64,000 nucleotides of DNA from Alphaproteobacteria bacterium. GTDB taxonomy: Bacteria > Pseudomonadota > Alphaproteobacteria > MPNO01 > UBA830. A program made the translations under genes and the position numbers. The notes below the pieces were generated by a model. The model did no database searches. It was not told the origin of the DNA and was given only the letters and a program-made list of their open reading frames with translations. This document shows, piece by piece, positions 11,613-22,460 of this stretch. Position 1 is the first letter of the stretch. Each line of letters starts with the position of its first letter. Location of the stretch: contig OZ219790.1 in the NCBI GenBank assembly GCA_964291215.2, positions 1,984,001-2,048,000 on the forward strand. The letters are read 5' to 3'.

Positions 11613-11739
11613 CGCCGCCTCCCTGAAGATGCCTGATAACCGCGGGGAAACTTACAGCGGCGGTTGCCGGGGAGCAACAGCACTCCGCGATGCTGCGACC
11701 CCCGCGGCACCGGTCCTGCGCCTCCGCCGGGCCGCCGGC

Positions 11740-12245
11740 TCAGCGCAGGCGCCGCGCGAATTCCCGCGGCAGGTATTCCGGCCTGAAACCGTTCCAGCCG
11801 CGGTCGGGTGCAGCCTCGGCGTCCCTGATCCAGGCATTGAACACGACTTCGTTGCCGGAAGCGACCTCCTTCGGGACGATCGAGCCGATGCCCTGCGGCG
11901 GGAATTCGACACGGGCGCCTGCCGGGATGTGGCACAGCCCGGTGCAGGCCAGGAACCGGTTGCCCGACGGGGTCTCGCACCCGCCGCTCACGTAATGGGA
12001 GTAGGGCAGGTCCCGGCCCCGTACCGCCGGGTCTCGCGGGCGGTCATTCCGCGTTCGTCGATCAAACAGGCGACCCCGAACCGGCGATGCCACACGATCT
12101 CGCCCGCCCGGTCGATGGCGATGATCGCTTCCACGTCGCTGGTCTTGTTGATCGACCGCGTGTTGCGTCCGACCGTCAGCAGGACGACGATGTCGCGGCG
12201 GGCGGGGTCGATCTCGAGAATCTCGATTTCCGGCAGATCCGTCAT
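11740..12245 (-). pseudogene. collapsed remnant of a probable arylsulfotransferase-like beta-propeller gene
   Basis: N-terminal IIAIDRAGEIVWHRR and C-terminal YSHYVSG.CETPSGNRFL.C.G...EVVF in different frames; far too short for the family. Confidence 0.4.
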
Positions 12246-12331
12246 CGCCGTTCCAGCTCCCGCACGCCGCCGGCCCGGGCGCTATAATGGCCGGCGAAAA
12301 CGGATCGGCGCTTGAGCAAGGAGAGACGGAG

Positions 12332-13093
12332 ATGGCTGTCGAGGGCAACGGGGCGGGCGTTGCATTCATCACCGGCGGCGGCGGCGGAATCGGAAGTGCG
12401 ACAGCGCGGCTTCTGGCGTCGGACGGCATCGCGGTCGCGGTCGCCGATGTCAGCCCGGACCTTGCGGACGAGACCGCGGCGCGGATCGGCGCCGACGGCG
12501 GATGGGCGCTGGCGGTCCGGCTGGACGTCACCAACCGGGAGTCAGTCGCGCGGGCGGTCCGCACGGTCGGGGAGGAACTCGGTCCGGTCGACCGGCTTGT
12601 CAATGCTGCCGGAATCTTCGGCTGGGCGGCGATGGAGGACATCGACGACGACGCTTTCGAGGCCATGTTCCGTATCCATGTCTTCGGCATGCACGCCGTC
12701 TGCCGCGCGGTGGTGCCCGGCATGGCCGTCCGCGGCCGCGGCGCGGTCGTCAACATCGCGTCGATTCACGCCATTCGAGGACAGGCGAACGCCGTCCACT
12801 ATGCCTCCGCCAAGGGCGCGATCCTGTCTTACACCAAAGCGCTGGCACGCGAGAAGGCGCCCCATGGCGTCCGGGTCAACGCGGTTGCGCCCGGTCCCAT
12901 CGACACGCCGATGCTGCGCGGCGACATGGACGAGGCAGAACGGAGATTTGCCGAGCGCGTGAAGACCATCCCGGCCGGCCGGATCGGGACCCCAGGGGAG
13001 ATCGCCTCGGGAATAGCCTTCCTGCTGTCACCGTCCGCAAGCTATCTGACGGGCCATGTCATGACCATCGACGGCGGCGAAGTGATGAACTGA
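12332..13093 (+). CDS. SDR-family oxidoreductase
   Basis: TGGGGGIG, NAAG, YASAK, VNAVAPGPIDT. Confidence 0.9.
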   Translation: MAVEGNGAGVAFITGGGGGIGSATARLLASDGIAVAVADVSPDLADETAARIGADGGWALAVRLDVTNRESVARAVRTVGEELGPVDRLVNAAGIFGWAAMEDIDDDAFEAMFRIHVFGMHAVCRAVVPGMAVRGRGAVVNIASIHAIRGQANAVHYASAKGAILSYTKALAREKAPHGVRVNAVAPGPIDTPMLRGDMDEAERRFAERVKTIPAGRIGTPGEIASGIAFLLSPSASYLTGHVMTIDGGEVMN

Positions 13094-13104
13094 CCGCGGC
13101 GAGA

Positions 13105-13128
13105 GCGGCGTCGGGCGGCCGACGCCGC
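13105..13128. terminator. hairpin between convergent SDR genes
   Basis: GCGGCGTCGG-GCGG-CCGACGCCGC perfect 10-bp stem. Confidence 0.45.
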
Positions 13129-13133
13129 CCGCA

Positions 13134-13901
13134 TCAATGCACGGTCTGGCCGCCGTCGACCACCATCGAGACGCCGTGAACGTAGGAAGCGGCGTCGGAG
13201 GCAAGGAAAGCGATTACGTCGGCGATCTCCCGGCAGTCGGCGAGACGGCCTAGCAGCGCCATGTCCTCGATCACAGTGCCGTCGACCAGCCCCGAGTCGA
13301 TATACCCCTTGACCCGCGGTGACAGCGTCGCCCCGGGGCAGACCGCGTTGACGCGGATGTCCTCCCTACCGTAATCGACCGCAAGCTGGCGCGTCAGCGA
13401 GAGCACGCCGCCTTTGGCGGCGCAGTAGACCGGCATCCCGGGGTGGCCGATGATGCCGAACGTCGACGCGACATTGACGATGGAGGCGGTGCCGGGGGCC
13501 GCCTTGAGGAGCGGCAGGAAGGCCCGGCACATGTAGTAGACGCTGGACAGGTCGATGGCGAGAATCCGCTGCCAGTCCTCCTCGCCGAGATCCTCGATCT
13601 TGCTGACGAAATTGGTTCCGGCGTTGTTGATCACTGCCTTGACGTGGCCGTGGCCGCCGGCGACCGCGGCGGCAAGCGCATCGACCTGCTGGCGGTCGGC
13701 AACGTCGGTGATGTGGCCCTCGCACGGCGCGCCGGCCGCGATGAGCATCTTCTCGGTACTGAGCACGTTTTCCGCCGTCCTGGAGGCGATGATGACATGG
13801 GCGCCGAGCTCGGCCAGAACCTCGCAGCAGGCCTGTCCGATTCCCTGGCCGCCGCCAGTGACGACCACCGGGGCGCCGCCGAAGCGCAGCCGGTCCAGCA
13901 T
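13134..13901 (-). CDS. SDR-family oxidoreductase
   Basis: TGGGQGIG, NNAG, YCAAK, VNAVCPG. Confidence 0.9.
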   Translation of the reverse strand: MLDRLRFGGAPVVVTGGGQGIGQACCEVLAELGAHVIIASRTAENVLSTEKMLIAAGAPCEGHITDVADRQQVDALAAAVAGGHGHVKAVINNAGTNFVSKIEDLGEEDWQRILAIDLSSVYYMCRAFLPLLKAAPGTASIVNVASTFGIIGHPGMPVYCAAKGGVLSLTRQLAVDYGREDIRVNAVCPGATLSPRVKGYIDSGLVDGTVIEDMALLGRLADCREIADVIAFLASDAASYVHGVSMVVDGGQTVH

Positions 13902-13926
13902 TCCGGTTCTCCTTCCCTCGGACGGT

Positions 13927-15093
13927 TCAGGCGCCGGCGGGCGCCGGCTCGGTTCGCGTTTCCCGGGTGTCCTGCCCGGCGGTTATGCCGTAGAACCGCG
14001 CCGGGTTGTCGTAGAGGATCTTCCGGCGCTGGTCCGGGGCAATGTCGGTGCGTCCGCCGAGATCCTCGCCGGAGCCTTCCCTGGCTTCGAGGTGAGGCAT
14101 GTCTTCCGAGATCAGGATGTTGTCCTCGCCGAGATAGTCGATGACCTGAGGCAGCAGACGTTCGCCGGCCTCGCAGGTGGTATAGATCCTGTCCTTGTAG
14201 GATTCAGGGCTTTTCGACGTTATCGGTTCGAAGCCGAAGGATTTGCGGAAGAATTCGCCGACCGGATAGTAGTGATCCATGCGTTCGAGATACCACGGGA
14301 TCCAGCCTGCGCCGCCTTCGAGGAAGATGACGCGGAGACCGGGGTGGCGGTCGAGAATGCCGCCGCCGGCGAAGGAATAGAAACCGATCAGCAGCGGCAG
14401 CGTGAACGAGACGTTGAGCGACGACGAATGCTCGTCGCACAGGTCGCGAAGCGGGCCCGGCCAGCCGACATGCACGGCGATCGGCAGGCCGCACTCCGCG
14501 GCGGTGGCCCACACGCGCTCGTATCTCGGGTCGTGAAGCAGGGTGTTGTTGACGGTGCCGTAGCACATCAGGGCGACGGCACCGGCGTCCTTCGCGCGCC
14601 GTACTTCTGCCTCGGCGGCATCCGGATCCCGGAGCGGCAGGGACGCGGCCCACTTCAGGCGGTCGGGGGCCTCGGCGCAGCGCTCGCTGATCCATCTGTT
14701 GTAGCTGACCTCCAGGGCCGCCTGAAACTCGTCGTCATCGGTGAGGGGGACGAACAGCAGCGTGGGATAGATCACCTGCACGTCGACCCCGGCGCGGTCG
14801 AGATCCGCAAGCCGTGCGGGAACATCCATCAGCGACTGGTTGCCGATGGAGAATTCCTTCATGCCGGCATGCACCGAACCCAGCGGGCAGCCGATCTGGA
14901 CCGTGCCCGGTCCCCAGGTCCACTGGACCGCCTTTCCGTCGATCAGCCAGAAGGAGTTGTCGACGCCCATGTAGGGTGCGTCGCTTGGCGGTATCGTGAT
15001 CGGCAGCGGCCGTCGATGCATAAACTTCGCGGGCAGGTAGTCCCAGGTCTCCTCGACCTCGTACACGTGGGAATCGGCATCGATATAGGGCAT
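13927..15093 (-). CDS. amidohydrolase_2-family protein (decarboxylase/hydratase-like)
   Basis: IDADSHV, YPT, YNRW, VHVG, LEGGAGW, SEDMPH, N..RFY. Confidence 0.85.
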   Translation of the reverse strand: MPYIDADSHVYEVEETWDYLPAKFMHRRPLPITIPPSDAPYMGVDNSFWLIDGKAVQWTWGPGTVQIGCPLGSVHAGMKEFSIGNQSLMDVPARLADLDRAGVDVQVIYPTLLFVPLTDDDEFQAALEVSYNRWISERCAEAPDRLKWAASLPLRDPDAAEAEVRRAKDAGAVALMCYGTVNNTLLHDPRYERVWATAAECGLPIAVHVGWPGPLRDLCDEHSSSLNVSFTLPLLIGFYSFAGGGILDRHPGLRVIFLEGGAGWIPWYLERMDHYYPVGEFFRKSFGFEPITSKSPESYKDRIYTTCEAGERLLPQVIDYLGEDNILISEDMPHLEAREGSGEDLGGRTDIAPDQRRKILYDNPARFYGITAGQDTRETRTEPAPAGA

Positions 15094-15134
15094 GGTCTGT
15101 CGTCCCCCGTTTGCGGCCGGACGCGGCCGGTTGT

Positions 15135-16325
15135 TCACTCCGCCGCCAGGTCGGACATCTCGAACCCGCGATAGTTCCCTTCCGGTAGCGCCTGCAGGGA
15201 CGGCATCACCTCCGTTGCGAAGAGCCGAATGCTCTTCTCGGTGAGATCGGCCGGCAGGGTTCCGAAATGAGCCAGTGCGACGAAGGTGCCGAAGCCCAGG
15301 GCGGCATGGCATTCAATCAGCTTGCGGCGCACCGTGTCCGGGCTGCCGACGATGACGACACCGTTCTCCATCAGCCCTTCGATGGTCTGCTCCGACATGA
15401 TGCTGCGCTTGTGGGCGGCGACCCTCTTCCAGGACTGGAGGGTGAGGTAGCCCGGCGGGAAGAGCGTGTCGAAGGGCAGATGGAGAAACTTGTTGAACAA
15501 CGCCTCCATGTGGCTGCTGGCTTCCGCGACCGCGCGTTCGTCGCTCTCGGCGACATAGACGGGAGCGGTCCAGGCGATCTGCTCCGAAGCCGCCTCGTAT
15601 CCGTAACGCGTCCGGGCGACCTCGCGATACTGGTCGAGGAACCTGCAGACGTTGCGGAACGGGCTGTAGTTCTGGGCATAGACGTAGCGCCGGTCCGGAT
15701 GCGCCGCCCATTCTATGGTCTCGGTGGAGCCCAGCGACGGGCACCAGATCGGCGGGTGCGGATCCTGATAGGGCCGTGGCCAGACATTGACGTACTCGAA
15801 ATGATAGTGTCGGCCCTCGAAGGCGAAGGGGCCTTCCTCGGTCCACGCCCTGATGACCAGGTCATGCGCCTCCATGTGGCGCTCATGACTGAGCGTGGGG
15901 TTGGCCGCCATCGAGTAGAACTCGGCGCCGATGCCGCGCACGAAACCGGTGATCAGGCGGCCCGCGGTGATGCAGTCGATCATGGCGTGTTCTTCGGCAA
16001 GGGTCAGCGGATGTTCGCGGAGTGCGAACGCGTTGCCGAGAATGGCGATCCTGCAGTCCGCGGTGCGCCGCGCCAGCGACGAGGCCATGACCACGGGCGA
16101 CGGCATCAGCCCATAGGCGTTCTGGTGATGCTCGTTGACGGCAATGCCGTCGAATCCGAGCCCGGCCGCGAGTTCGAGTTCGTCGAGATAGCGGTTGTAG
16201 AGTTCATGTCCGATGCGCGGGTCGAACAGCCTGTTGGGGAGGGTCACCCAGGCCGAGGGATGCCGGTCCCGCTCTTCCATGTCCAGCGCCGCGTACGGCA
16301 TCAGGTGGAACATGAACAGCTTCAT
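15135..16325 (-). CDS. luciferase-like (LLM) flavin-dependent monooxygenase
   Basis: GFDGIAVNEHH, AEEHAMID, PRPYQDPHPPIW, VGSPDTV, LFATEVMP. Confidence 0.9.
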   Translation of the reverse strand: MKLFMFHLMPYAALDMEERDRHPSAWVTLPNRLFDPRIGHELYNRYLDELELAAGLGFDGIAVNEHHQNAYGLMPSPVVMASSLARRTADCRIAILGNAFALREHPLTLAEEHAMIDCITAGRLITGFVRGIGAEFYSMAANPTLSHERHMEAHDLVIRAWTEEGPFAFEGRHYHFEYVNVWPRPYQDPHPPIWCPSLGSTETIEWAAHPDRRYVYAQNYSPFRNVCRFLDQYREVARTRYGYEAASEQIAWTAPVYVAESDERAVAEASSHMEALFNKFLHLPFDTLFPPGYLTLQSWKRVAAHKRSIMSEQTIEGLMENGVVIVGSPDTVRRKLIECHAALGFGTFVALAHFGTLPADLTEKSIRLFATEVMPSLQALPEGNYRGFEMSDLAAE

Positions 16326-16326
16326 G

Positions 16327-17112
16327 TCAGGCGGCCTGTCTCCCGAGGAAGCCGGTCAGCGAATCGACGAACGGGCCGGGTTTCTCGATATGCGGCAGGT
16401 GGCCGGCGCGGTCGATGATCGTCACTTCGGCGCCCGGGATGATGCGGCTGAACTCGTCTGCATAGGAGATGTCGACGATGCGGTCTGTGTCGCCCCAGAT
16501 CACGTGGGTCGGGACCGTGATCCGGTGCAGCCACTTGCGAAGAGACGGGTTGAACAGCCGCGGCTGCCAGCCGAGGCGGGCGGTGGAGACCCGGTTGCGG
16601 AGCCGGATGTCGGTTTCTTCCTCGGTCAACTCCGCGTTGATGATCCCGTCCGCGAAACTCTGGTCGACGAACAACTCGCGGGCGAGATCGTCCGGGTCCA
16701 TGATGAAAATGTCGGCGATCGGCTTGCCCTTGATGCGGATCCCGGCCGCGCCGATCAGGGTCAGACTCCGGAGCCGGGTGGAGTTGCGCACGGCGATTTC
16801 CATCGCAAGCCAGCCGCCGAGCGAGTTGCCGACGAGATGAACGCCCTCAAGCAGCCGCTCCTCGAGGAAATCAAGATAGAACATCGCCAGATCGCCGATG
16901 TCGTCAAGCCATTCCGGCTCGTCCGACCGACCGTAAGTCGGGTGGTCGGGAACGTGGAGGTCGAAGGAGTCCGAAAGCGTGTCGAAGGCCGGTATCCAGC
17001 CCGGGACGCCGCTTGCCCCGTGCAGGAACAGCATCGGGTCGCCCGAGCCTCCACGGCGCAGGAAGATGTTGCATTTCCTGATTCCGACCATGCTCTCCGT
17101 GCATTCTGCCAT
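16327..17112 (-). CDS. alpha/beta hydrolase
   Basis: LHG, GNSLGG nucleophile elbow, WGDTD, GHLPHIE. Confidence 0.9.
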   Translation of the reverse strand: MAECTESMVGIRKCNIFLRRGGSGDPMLFLHGASGVPGWIPAFDTLSDSFDLHVPDHPTYGRSDEPEWLDDIGDLAMFYLDFLEERLLEGVHLVGNSLGGWLAMEIAVRNSTRLRSLTLIGAAGIRIKGKPIADIFIMDPDDLARELFVDQSFADGIINAELTEEETDIRLRNRVSTARLGWQPRLFNPSLRKWLHRITVPTHVIWGDTDRIVDISYADEFSRIIPGAEVTIIDRAGHLPHIEKPGPFVDSLTGFLGRQAA

Positions 17113-17130
17113 GTTGCTCGCCGTCCTTAG

Positions 17131-17973
17131 TCAGGTTGTCGCATCGTTGTCGGACCCTGATCGCGCCTGATCGGCGCTGCCGAGGCCGGGCTTGTACTTC
17201 TTGTCGAGGAATTCGCCGATCCCCTCGTTGCGGAACGCGTCATCCTGACGCTGCGTGTGCCATGCCTGCATCGCTCCGGCATAGTTCATCGCTGAATCCC
17301 AGTCCATCGCGAGGGAATGGAAATAGGCCTCCTTGGTCGCCTGCAGCGCCGAGGCGTCCTTCGCCGCGATCTCGCGGGCCAGCGCCATGACGTTGTCGTG
17401 CAGTTCGTCGCGCGGCACCGCGTAGTTCACGAAACCCATCTCCGCGGCGCGCCGGCCGTCGAACGGCCGGCCGGTCAGGGCGTAGAGCTTGTAATCCCGG
17501 GGACGCAGGAGGTTGCCCATCGACTTCGATACGCTGCCGCCGGGGAACATCTTGAAGTTGATCTCGCTGAGCCCCATCTTTGCGTCCTCGGCGGCGACGG
17601 CGAGGTCGCAGGCCTCGACGATGGTGAAGGCGCCGCCGAAGCAGTGGCCGTTGACCATGGCGATGGTTGGCTTGGGAAAAAGGCGCAGTGTCCGTCCGCG
17701 CCATTCGATCGCGACCCGCGACGCGCGGTCGTAGGCAGCCGGATCGTCGCGGAGATCCATGAAGAACTCCTTGAGGTCCATGCCGGCGCAGAAGGATTTG
17801 CCGGCGCCGGTGAGCACGAGCACACGACAGCGCGGATCATTGCGCAGCCGTTCGAGCGCATCGGTCATCTCCTCGCCGAGAACCGGATTCATCGCGTTGC
17901 GCTTCTCGATCCGGTTGAGCGTGAGCGTCGCTACCCCGTCATCGAACTCGACCAACAACGTCGTGTAGTCCAT
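17131..17973 (-). CDS. hydroxycinnamoyl-CoA hydratase/lyase-like crotonase
   Basis: KRNAMNP, FCAGMDLKEFF, PKPTIAMVNG.CFGGAF, LSEIN, C-terminal FLDKKYKPGLG typical of Ech/HCHL. Confidence 0.82.
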   Translation of the reverse strand: MDYTTLLVEFDDGVATLTLNRIEKRNAMNPVLGEEMTDALERLRNDPRCRVLVLTGAGKSFCAGMDLKEFFMDLRDDPAAYDRASRVAIEWRGRTLRLFPKPTIAMVNGHCFGGAFTIVEACDLAVAAEDAKMGLSEINFKMFPGGSVSKSMGNLLRPRDYKLYALTGRPFDGRRAAEMGFVNYAVPRDELHDNVMALAREIAAKDASALQATKEAYFHSLAMDWDSAMNYAGAMQAWHTQRQDDAFRNEGIGEFLDKKYKPGLGSADQARSGSDNDATT

Positions 17974-18072
17974 TGCCGCCCTCCCGCCGCGCGATCTGGC
18001 CCGAGAATGTCGTCCAAAGTGCAGGTTCGCCCGGTTGCAGTCAAGCTGGCGTGACGGAGAGCGCTCCTGCCG

Positions 18073-18265
18073 CATGGCGATCCCACGCTGCCAATCCGGC
18101 GACGACTGGCGAGATTTTTACAGTTTGCGTCGCGCTGCAATCTTGCCGCCAAGGCTCGATGGGACCTTCTCGGCACGAAAATTGCGATCAAGGAGGCGAT
18201 CTGTGATGACGCGAGCCCCAACGCATTCGGATTTCGCGTCTCCGAATTAGCATGGGATCGTCGTG
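18073..18265. mobile_element. 193-bp MITE, copy 1 (ISAs1-type ends)
   Basis: Near-identical to 38400-38592 and 40867-41058; ends CA.G.CGATCCCACGCT / AGCATGGGATCGTCGTG. Confidence 0.8.
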
Positions 18266-18599
18266 CTCGATGGCGCTGCCCGCATTGTCGGTTTGCGCAA
18301 TTCGTGATAGCGTCCGTGAACACCATGAGGGGGGGCGCTGGCCCGCTATGTTGCATGCGTCGGTAGAAGCGGGCCGACGGCGCTACCCGGCCGGACAGTT
18401 CAGGATGCGGCGGGATTCGGAACCGGCCCTTCCGGACGCCGCGGAGCCCCTTGATTCGATGCCTGTCATGCTGCCGGGAAATCAATCGGGAACGGAGTGC
18501 CGGAATCGATCCCGCCTGCAGGGAGGTCGCGGGCTGGCGCGCCATCGCGGCCGGCCCCGATATGTCCGCGCATGTGGATCCGGTTCCTGACGTGGCACC

Positions 18600-21500
18600 A
18601 TGATCCGGCGCGTGATATACGGCATCGGTGGCATCGCGATCACCCTGATTCTGGTTTTCCTCGCCTTTCCGAGACTGGTTGACCTCGACGGTTTCAAGCC
18701 GCGCATCGCCGCGGAGTTCCAGAAAGCGACCGGCAGGGTCCTGGCGCTCGACGGAAAGCTCGACATCGATTTCGTGCCCTATCCGCGCTTGGCCGCGTCC
18801 GATGTCCGGGTCCTCAATACCAGGGATGATGCCGCCTTCGAACTGATGACACTGAAGGCCTTCAAGCTGGGTGTCCGGTTGTTGCCGCTGTTGCGCGGCG
18901 AGATCGAGATCTCCGACATCGAGATGGTTGAACCGGTGGTCCGGCTTGAACGGCTTCCCGATGGCCGCGGTAACTGGCAATCGGCGACCGTCGGGTCGCC
19001 GTTCGACCCGGCGCCCGCGGCGCCCGCCGACGCTCGGGGGATCTTGGGAGCCGGGGGCGATCTGCGGATCAATTCGCTGAGGATCACGGACGGCACGTTC
19101 AGCTACCGTGATACGGCGGGTGGGGTCGAACGGATCGACGGCGTGACCGCCGATGTCACGGCCGGATCGCTGGCCGGCCCGTTCACCGTCAGGGGGGCGA
19201 TGACGGTGCGCCGCCAGGCCGTCCGGGTCGACGCCTATGTTGGACGGCACGTCGAGGGCGAGCCACTGGCGGTTTCGCTGCGGGCGGTTTCCGACGGCGA
19301 CACTGTCGCGTTGTCGGCAAAGGGCCACATGGATTTCTCGGGCGCGGGGCCATGGTTGCTCGTGGACGCCGCGCTCAAGGGACCCAGCCTCGGGGCATTC
19401 CTTGCCGTGCTGCCGGAGTTCGGCACGTCGTCGGGTTTCGACCATCCGTTCAGCCTTGCGGCCACCGTTGATGCCGACCAGCGCGAGCTAAGGCTTGCGG
19501 GCATGTCGGTCATCCTTGGCGGCGTGAGCGCGACCGGGACGGCGACGCTTCCGCTCGGCGGCAGTGCCGCAACACGGATAGTGCTCGATGCGGATCGGCT
19601 CGATGTCGACGCTCTGGTCGGAATGGCCCGTCTGCCGCCGGACCGTGCCATCGGGGAGGCTGTTCACCTGCCGACGGATATCGACGTGAAGATGAAACTG
19701 ACATCCGACGAGCTTGTCGTCGCGCGAAGGCCGGTCCGGGACCTGCGGATAACGGCCTCGCTCAGGGATGGCGAGCTCTCCGTCACGAGGCTTTCCGCGC
19801 GCCTGCCGGGGGAGGCGGCCGTCGAACTGAGCGGCAGTGCCGAAGCGCATCGCGGCAAGCTCGAATATCGGGCAAGACTGCTGCTTCGCGCAAGCGATAC
19901 GCGCTCGCTGCTGGGCTGGATCGGCGTGGATGCGGCGGCGGTGGCAGAAGACCGCCTGCAGAGGCTCTCGGTCCGGACGGAAATAACCGGAAACCTGTCC
20001 GAGATGCGTTTCGTCGACATACGCGGTCAGCTCGATGCATCGAACCTGCGCGGTGGCGTCACGCTGGCCCTGAGCCGCCGCCCGTCATTTGGCGCCAATC
20101 TGAGCATCGACCAGCTCAATATCGATGGCTACGCCGACAACGCGCGCACACCCGCCGAGGCCGTGCCGCCCGCCGCGGACGGAACATCCGGCGGCAGCAA
20201 GACTGCACCGCGGGACCGGGTCAGCGTCCTTCCTGCCGCCCTCGGGGAGCTTGACGCCAACGTCGCGCTTCGGGTTGGCGCACTGGGCTATCGCGGGATC
20301 ATCGCAAGCGGCGTGCGCCTCGACGGAACGCTGCAGGACGGTGCGCTGACGATACGCGAGGCGAGCGTGCGCAACCTTGCCGGCGCGAGTCTCCGGTTCA
20401 GAGGGACGCTGGCCAACCTCGCTGGAGCGCTCAAGGCTAGCGCCAGCCTTGCCGCGGCAGCGGATGACCCGGGACCGCTGCTCGGGCTTTTCGGGTTCAA
20501 TACGCTCGCTGGCATCGAGAAGCCGGGACCGCTGCGCCTGTCCGCTCGTGCCGAGTCGGTGCCCGACGGGCTCGAAATCGACAGCACGCTCGAAATCGCG
20601 GGCGCCACCCTGGCCGTCGCCGGGACGGGCCCGTCGCTCGACGCCCTGCTTGCGGGGTCGCTCGACGGCGGTCGTGAACTGCGCTTCGAGGTGCAGCATC
20701 CCGATCCTGGCCGGCTTGCCGCCCTCCTTGGCGGGACCGCGGAGAGCCAGGATGGCGAAATCCGTGCAAGCGTCGTCGCGACGCGCGCGGACGGGAGCAT
20801 CGGGATCCGGGGCGAGGCCAGGTTCGATGGCGGAAGCGCAAGCGTTTCGGGCCGGATTCTCGAGCCGCTTGCGTCGCCGGGGTTCGATGTTGAAGCCAGT
20901 CTCCGCCATCCCGATCTGGTTCGCCTCATGCAGCTCTTTGGCGCGGATTTCGGGCCGGTTGGAGGAGATTTCGGCGGTGTATTCCTCGAAGCCGCGCTCG
21001 AGGGCGACGGCGGGCATTTCTCGATCGACCGTCTGACGGGCAGCGTCGGGGCCGTTGACATCGCCGGCGGCGGTTCCTACCGCTTGGCCGAGCCGCGTCC
21101 AAGGGTGGAGCTGAGCCTGTCTTTGGGCCTCGTTCCCACGGATGATTTCTCCGGAAAGTCGCCGCCCGGGGCCGCCCCGCCTGACGGGGCGGCGGCACAG
21201 GGGGATACGGAACTATGGTCGCGGGCGCCGTTTGATCCCGGACTCCTCCGGCGGTTCGATTCCCGGATCGGGCTGCAGGCCCGGGCGCTGCTCCACAGGT
21301 CTCTTCGCATCGACACGCCGCGCCTGCTCGCCACCCTTCAGGATGGGGTCCTGTCGATCGAAGAGATGACCGGAACGATTTCCGGCGGCGCGTTCCGGGC
21401 AACCGGCGCACTCGATGTCCGTGATCTTCCGGTTGCCAGGCTATCCCTGGCAGTCGACGGGGCCGAGGTAGCGGCACCGCTGTTCGAAGCCGGCGCCTTC

Positions 21501-22460
21501 GACATCGTCGGCGGCGAGCTGGATATCGATGTCGATCTCGAAGCTCGGGGACGCTCCGAACACGAAATGGTGCGGACACTCGGAGGTGCGGGCCGGTTCT
21601 CGATCCGGAACGGCCGCATCAGCGGCCTCGATCTCGGCCGCATCGCCGAAGCGGTGGAAGACTCTGATCCGGCGGCGAATCTCGCGGATCTGTTCGAGCG
21701 GGCCATGAGCGGCGGAGAAACCGTCTTCTCGGCGCTTGACGGCAGCTTCGATCTGGAGCACGGCATCCTGCGGGTCGGAAATCTCGGATTGCGAACGCCG
21801 ACGGCAGCCGGAGACGCGGCCGGCCGCATCGATCTGCCGCGGTGGGACATCGATATACAAGCGGAATACCGGTTGACGGATCCGGATGTGCCGGCCGTCC
21901 ACATGCGCCTCGTCGGTTCGCCGGACCAGCCGCGGCGCATTCTCGATTTCGAGGACCTGCACCTGTGGGCGCTTGCGCGCGGTGTCGAGAACGTGCCGGA
22001 ACCCGAGGCGCCCAGGGAGGCGACAGCCGAGCCGGACCGGTCCTCGCGTCCGGACACGAAAGCGGAGTCCACCGGAACGGGCCTTGCGCCTCAGGTTGCG
22101 GCGCCGGAAACTCCGGAGGCGGGCGTGGCGGGGACGGCGCCCGCACCTCCGAAGGCGGCAGCGCGCGCTTCCGAAGCGGTGTTGGAGCCGTCGGCAGTGC
22201 CCGCGGTGGCGGTGAGAACTCCCGAAGCGGCACCGGAGTTCGGAACGGCAGCGGCGTTGCAGAAGGTACCCGCGAAGGTGCCGTCAGATCCCGAAACGGC
22301 GCCAGAGACCGCATCGGCGACTCCCGATGCGGTGGCACCGGCCGCAACGCCTGCGGCCGGTGACAAACCCTCCGAATCCGGAGGACAGCCGGGACGGGAT
22401 GAGGGTCCGCAGTTCGATCCTGACAAGCTGATCAGGGATCTGCTCCAGGAAATTCGCTGA
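18600..22460 (+). CDS. AsmA-family bridge-like protein with Pro/Ala-rich tail
   Basis: N-terminal anchor, ATGR.L.LDG, L.PLLRGEIEI, P.V.LE...DGRGNW, repeated beta-groove segments, GETVFSALDGSF. Confidence 0.85.
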   Translation: MIRRVIYGIGGIAITLILVFLAFPRLVDLDGFKPRIAAEFQKATGRVLALDGKLDIDFVPYPRLAASDVRVLNTRDDAAFELMTLKAFKLGVRLLPLLRGEIEISDIEMVEPVVRLERLPDGRGNWQSATVGSPFDPAPAAPADARGILGAGGDLRINSLRITDGTFSYRDTAGGVERIDGVTADVTAGSLAGPFTVRGAMTVRRQAVRVDAYVGRHVEGEPLAVSLRAVSDGDTVALSAKGHMDFSGAGPWLLVDAALKGPSLGAFLAVLPEFGTSSGFDHPFSLAATVDADQRELRLAGMSVILGGVSATGTATLPLGGSAATRIVLDADRLDVDALVGMARLPPDRAIGEAVHLPTDIDVKMKLTSDELVVARRPVRDLRITASLRDGELSVTRLSARLPGEAAVELSGSAEAHRGKLEYRARLLLRASDTRSLLGWIGVDAAAVAEDRLQRLSVRTEITGNLSEMRFVDIRGQLDASNLRGGVTLALSRRPSFGANLSIDQLNIDGYADNARTPAEAVPPAADGTSGGSKTAPRDRVSVLPAALGELDANVALRVGALGYRGIIASGVRLDGTLQDGALTIREASVRNLAGASLRFRGTLANLAGALKASASLAAAADDPGPLLGLFGFNTLAGIEKPGPLRLSARAESVPDGLEIDSTLEIAGATLAVAGTGPSLDALLAGSLDGGRELRFEVQHPDPGRLAALLGGTAESQDGEIRASVVATRADGSIGIRGEARFDGGSASVSGRILEPLASPGFDVEASLRHPDLVRLMQLFGADFGPVGGDFGGVFLEAALEGDGGHFSIDRLTGSVGAVDIAGGGSYRLAEPRPRVELSLSLGLVPTDDFSGKSPPGAAPPDGAAAQGDTELWSRAPFDPGLLRRFDSRIGLQARALLHRSLRIDTPRLLATLQDGVLSIEEMTGTISGGAFRATGALDVRDLPVARLSLAVDGAEVAAPLFEAGAFDIVGGELDIDVDLEARGRSEHEMVRTLGGAGRFSIRNGRISGLDLGRIAEAVEDSDPAANLADLFERAMSGGETVFSALDGSFDLEHGILRVGNLGLRTPTAAGDAAGRIDLPRWDIDIQAEYRLTDPDVPAVHMRLVGSPDQPRRILDFEDLHLWALARGVENVPEPEAPREATAEPDRSSRPDTKAESTGTGLAPQVAAPETPEAGVAGTAPAPPKAAARASEAVLEPSAVPAVAVRTPEAAPEFGTAAALQKVPAKVPSDPETAPETASATPDAVAPAATPAAGDKPSESGGQPGRDEGPQFDPDKLIRDLLQEIR

